In this document: positions 61,526-64,000 of the stretch, piece after piece
How positions within the stretch are numbered: position 1 is the stretch's first letter
Layout: the number at the start of each line of letters is the position of its first letter
NCBI GenBank assembly: GCA_041609995.1
Contig: JBFIPU010000002.1
Coordinates: 3,733 to 67,732 of the forward strand
Origin: Acidimicrobiia bacterium
GTDB lineage: Bacteria > Actinomycetota > Acidimicrobiia > Spongiisociales > SHLN01
Direction: 5' to 3'
Length of the DNA: 64,000 nucleotides
Made by a program: the position numbers and the translations under genes
The notes under the pieces: model-generated
The model's input: only the letters and a program-made list of their open reading frames with translations
Database searches by the model: none
What the model was told of the DNA's origin: nothing

Positions 61526-62445
61526 CCAGCGTCGACGAGGTAGCGACGGGAGCCGATCAGGCGAGTCCACCGTTCGAGCGAGAGGCGGACGAGGTCGCCC
61601 GACCCCAGCGCTCGGCCCGATTCAGATGGGGTGAGATACCGGTGCACGTCATCCTGATCGGCATCGGGTTGCTCGTGGCCGCCCCGATATTCATCGCCTT
61701 CTTCATGAGTTTCACGCCGCTCAAGGAGATCGTTTCGCGGCCTGACCCCAAGCTGCTGCCCGACACGTGGGTATTCGAGAACTACCGGACGGCGTGGAAC
61801 GCCACGCCGTTTGGCCGCTACATGCTCAACAGCTTCGTCCAAACCGGTTTGATCACCGCGGGCCAGGTGCTGTTCAGCATCCTCGCCGCGTACGCATTTG
61901 CCATGTTCGACTTTCGGTTCAAGAACGCTTTGTTCGCCATCGTCATCGGCAGCCTGTTCGTCCCCTTCGAGCTCATCTTCATCCCCAACTTCATCACGAT
62001 CAGCGACCTGGGGTGGGCCAATACCTACGCCGGGCTGGCAGTGCCGTTCCTGGCCAGCGCCTTCGGTGTCTTCATGCTCAGACAGTTCTTTCTGACGCTT
62101 CCGCGCGACCTCTTCGATGCGGCCAAGGTGGATGGTGCCAGCAACTGGTACTACCTCTGGAAAGTGGTCGTGCCTTTGAGCAAGGGTGGAATTTCCGCTT
62201 TCACGATATTTGCATTCCTCGGCGCTTGGAATCAGTACTTGTGGCCGCTCATCATCACCAACGACGAGAGCATGCGGACCGCCCAGATCGGCATCCGCTT
62301 CTTCCTCGTCAACCAGGAGCGCGCCACCGACTGGGGTGCGATCATGGCCGGAGCCATGATCGTTATGGTGCCGACCCTCATCGTCTTCCTCGTCGCTCAG
62401 AAGCAGTTGGTCAAAGGAATTGCCATGTCGGGCCTGAAGGGCTGA
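61522..62445 (+). CDS. Carbohydrate-type ABC transporter permease (MalG/UgpE-like)
   Basis: EAA loop ..FDAAKVDGASNWYYLWKVVVPLSKG..; GTGA overlap with the preceding permease. Confidence 0.85.
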   Translation: MTSVDEVATGADQASPPFEREADEVARPQRSARFRWGEIPVHVILIGIGLLVAAPIFIAFFMSFTPLKEIVSRPDPKLLPDTWVFENYRTAWNATPFGRYMLNSFVQTGLITAGQVLFSILAAYAFAMFDFRFKNALFAIVIGSLFVPFELIFIPNFITISDLGWANTYAGLAVPFLASAFGVFMLRQFFLTLPRDLFDAAKVDGASNWYYLWKVVVPLSKGGISAFTIFAFLGAWNQYLWPLIITNDESMRTAQIGIRFFLVNQERATDWGAIMAGAMIVMVPTLIVFLVAQKQLVKGIAMSGLKG

Positions 62446-62504
62446 CGGCGAATCGGTGAAATGAAAGAGAAAGACCGGGTTCGCCCGGAGGAGGTAGAGA
62501 AACA

Positions 62505-63932
62505 GTGAAAATGCGCAAGATATTGGCGCTGTTGCTGGCGCTGGCCATGGTGGCCACCGCCTGCGGCAGCGACTCGGAAACGGGGGGGACGGAGGCCACC
62601 GAGGCCACCACGGCAACCACGGCCGCCCCCTCCGACGACGGAGGAACCGATAGTGGCACCGACGACGGCGAAGCGATGGCCGACGTCATCGAGATCGACT
62701 TCTGGCATGCTATGGCAGATGATCTCGGCGCGGTCGTCGACACGCTGGTGGACCGGTACAACTCCAGCCAGGATGCCGTAAAGGTCAACTCGACGTTCCA
62801 GGGTTCGTACGACGACACCTACAACGCATTACTGGCGGCGTTCGAAACCGGCACCGAGCCCAACATCGTCCAGAACTTCGATCTGGCTGCCCAGACGATG
62901 TTCGACACAGGACGACTGGTTCCGGCGCACACCCTGATGGCGCCTGGTGACGCCGACGCCTATCTGGCGGCGCCGCGGGACTACTACTCGGACGAGACCG
63001 GCATGGTGGCGCTGGCCTTCAACTCCAGCACCCCCATCGTGTACTACAACGCCGATATGTTCGAGGCGGCCGGCCTCGACGCCCCTGCGCCGGACTGGAC
63101 GTTCTCGGACTTCCTGTCCACGTGTGATGCCCTCGAGGCGAACGGCGTGGAGTTCTGTGTGACATTCGGGACCGTCGGGTGGTTCTTCGAGCAGATCCTC
63201 GCCAACAGCGGCGGGTTGTATTTCAACAACGACAACGGACGTACGGCGCGCGCAACCGAAGCTGTGTTCAATCAAGGCCAGGGTGTGGAGGTCTTCGAGT
63301 TCCTTACGGGCCTCATCGCCGACGGCCATGCGCCAAATCTCGGCAACACCTGGTCGGATACCGACAGCGTGTTCTTTGCCGGACAGGCGGCTATGAACTT
63401 CGACTCCACGTCGGGTGCTCGTGGCATGCAGGACGGCGCTGATTTCGAGGTGAAGACTGCCTTCATCCCGCACAGCGACTCCAGCGAACGCAACGGAGTG
63501 GTGATCGGCGGCGCGGCCCTATGGTTGATCGACTCCGGTGACGACGCAGAAAACGCGGCGGCGTGGGACTTCATGAAGTTCATGACCGAGGCGGACCAAC
63601 AGGTGACCTGGCACACGGGCACGGGATATTTCCCGGTCCTGGCCAGCCTGCAGGACTCGCCTCCGGCCGAGCTCAATACGTTCTGGCAGGAGAACCCGAA
63701 CTTCGTGACGGCGATCGAGCAGTTGGCGACCACAAAAACGGTCAACGACGACCTGACGATCAACTACCCGGTGCTGGGAGGACGTGCCGGACCGTTCCCG
63801 GAGATCCGCCGGATCATCGTCGAGGCTTACGACGCAGTCCTGAATGGTGGATTGAGTGCACAAGAGGCGCTCGACGAGGCGGCAGCCAAGGCCAACCAGG
63901 CACTCGCCGACTACAACGCCTTCTTCGAGTAG
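62505..63932 (+). CDS. ABC transporter extracellular solute-binding lipoprotein (family 1, sugar/oligosaccharide type)
   Basis: Lipoprotein signal MKMRKILALLLALAMVATACGSD, Thr/Ala/Gly-rich linker, SBP fold sequence. Confidence 0.85.
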   Translation: MKMRKILALLLALAMVATACGSDSETGGTEATEATTATTAAPSDDGGTDSGTDDGEAMADVIEIDFWHAMADDLGAVVDTLVDRYNSSQDAVKVNSTFQGSYDDTYNALLAAFETGTEPNIVQNFDLAAQTMFDTGRLVPAHTLMAPGDADAYLAAPRDYYSDETGMVALAFNSSTPIVYYNADMFEAAGLDAPAPDWTFSDFLSTCDALEANGVEFCVTFGTVGWFFEQILANSGGLYFNNDNGRTARATEAVFNQGQGVEVFEFLTGLIADGHAPNLGNTWSDTDSVFFAGQAAMNFDSTSGARGMQDGADFEVKTAFIPHSDSSERNGVVIGGAALWLIDSGDDAENAAAWDFMKFMTEADQQVTWHTGTGYFPVLASLQDSPPAELNTFWQENPNFVTAIEQLATTKTVNDDLTINYPVLGGRAGPFPEIRRIIVEAYDAVLNGGLSAQEALDEAAAKANQALADYNAFFE

Positions 63933-64000
63933 GCCGTACTGCGAGGCAATCGGGCCAAACGGGAGCAACCGGTCGGCGTCCTGGTGACGCCGGCCGGTTC

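Overview
High-GC (~68%) actinobacterial-type chromosomal segment, gene-dense on both strands. The taxon is my inference from mycothiol-type MDMPI/TIGR03084, RamB-like regulator, single-chain LCC-type carboxylase and high GC3 codon usage. Most of the window is core and accessory metabolism, including: a modABC molybdate operon with a MerR-HTH+TOBE regulator; GH13 alpha-glucosidase; a colinear aceB-aceA-glpX-type II GAPDH-like string next to a divergent ramB-like regulator whose 5' end sits in a 7x 14-bp tandem repeat; YajQ and MsrB; a ~1830-aa single-chain BC-BCCP-CT acyl-CoA carboxylase with a translationally coupled nitrobindin-like gene; nifJ-type pyruvate:ferredoxin oxidoreductase coupled to a DHOD-like gene; K+ channel, aquaporin, PPK2, YihY; an AtuA plus two-subunit acyl-CoA carboxylase plus hydratase plus ACAD cluster; two paralogous M24 hydrolases with GNAT, pirin, PhyH dioxygenase and a sugar-type ABC importer. 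Embedded at ~13.4-20.5 kb is the stand-out feature, a lasso-peptide (RiPP) biosynthetic cluster. Its 45-aa precursor gene (14610..14747, minus) is too short to appear in the ORF track. It is flanked by an Asn-synthetase-like lasso cyclase (C), a PqqD-like RRE (B1) and a transglutaminase-like protease (B2). The tailoring set is unusual: an HPr-kinase-like kinase, a PRMT-like (protein arginine methyltransferase fold) methyltransferase, an NTP_transf_5-type nucleotidyltransferase, and a phosphoribosyltransferase-like::PqqD/RRE fusion protein directly downstream of the precursor. No ABC exporter or mobile elements are evident. No rRNA, tRNA, CRISPR or transposase genes were recognised.
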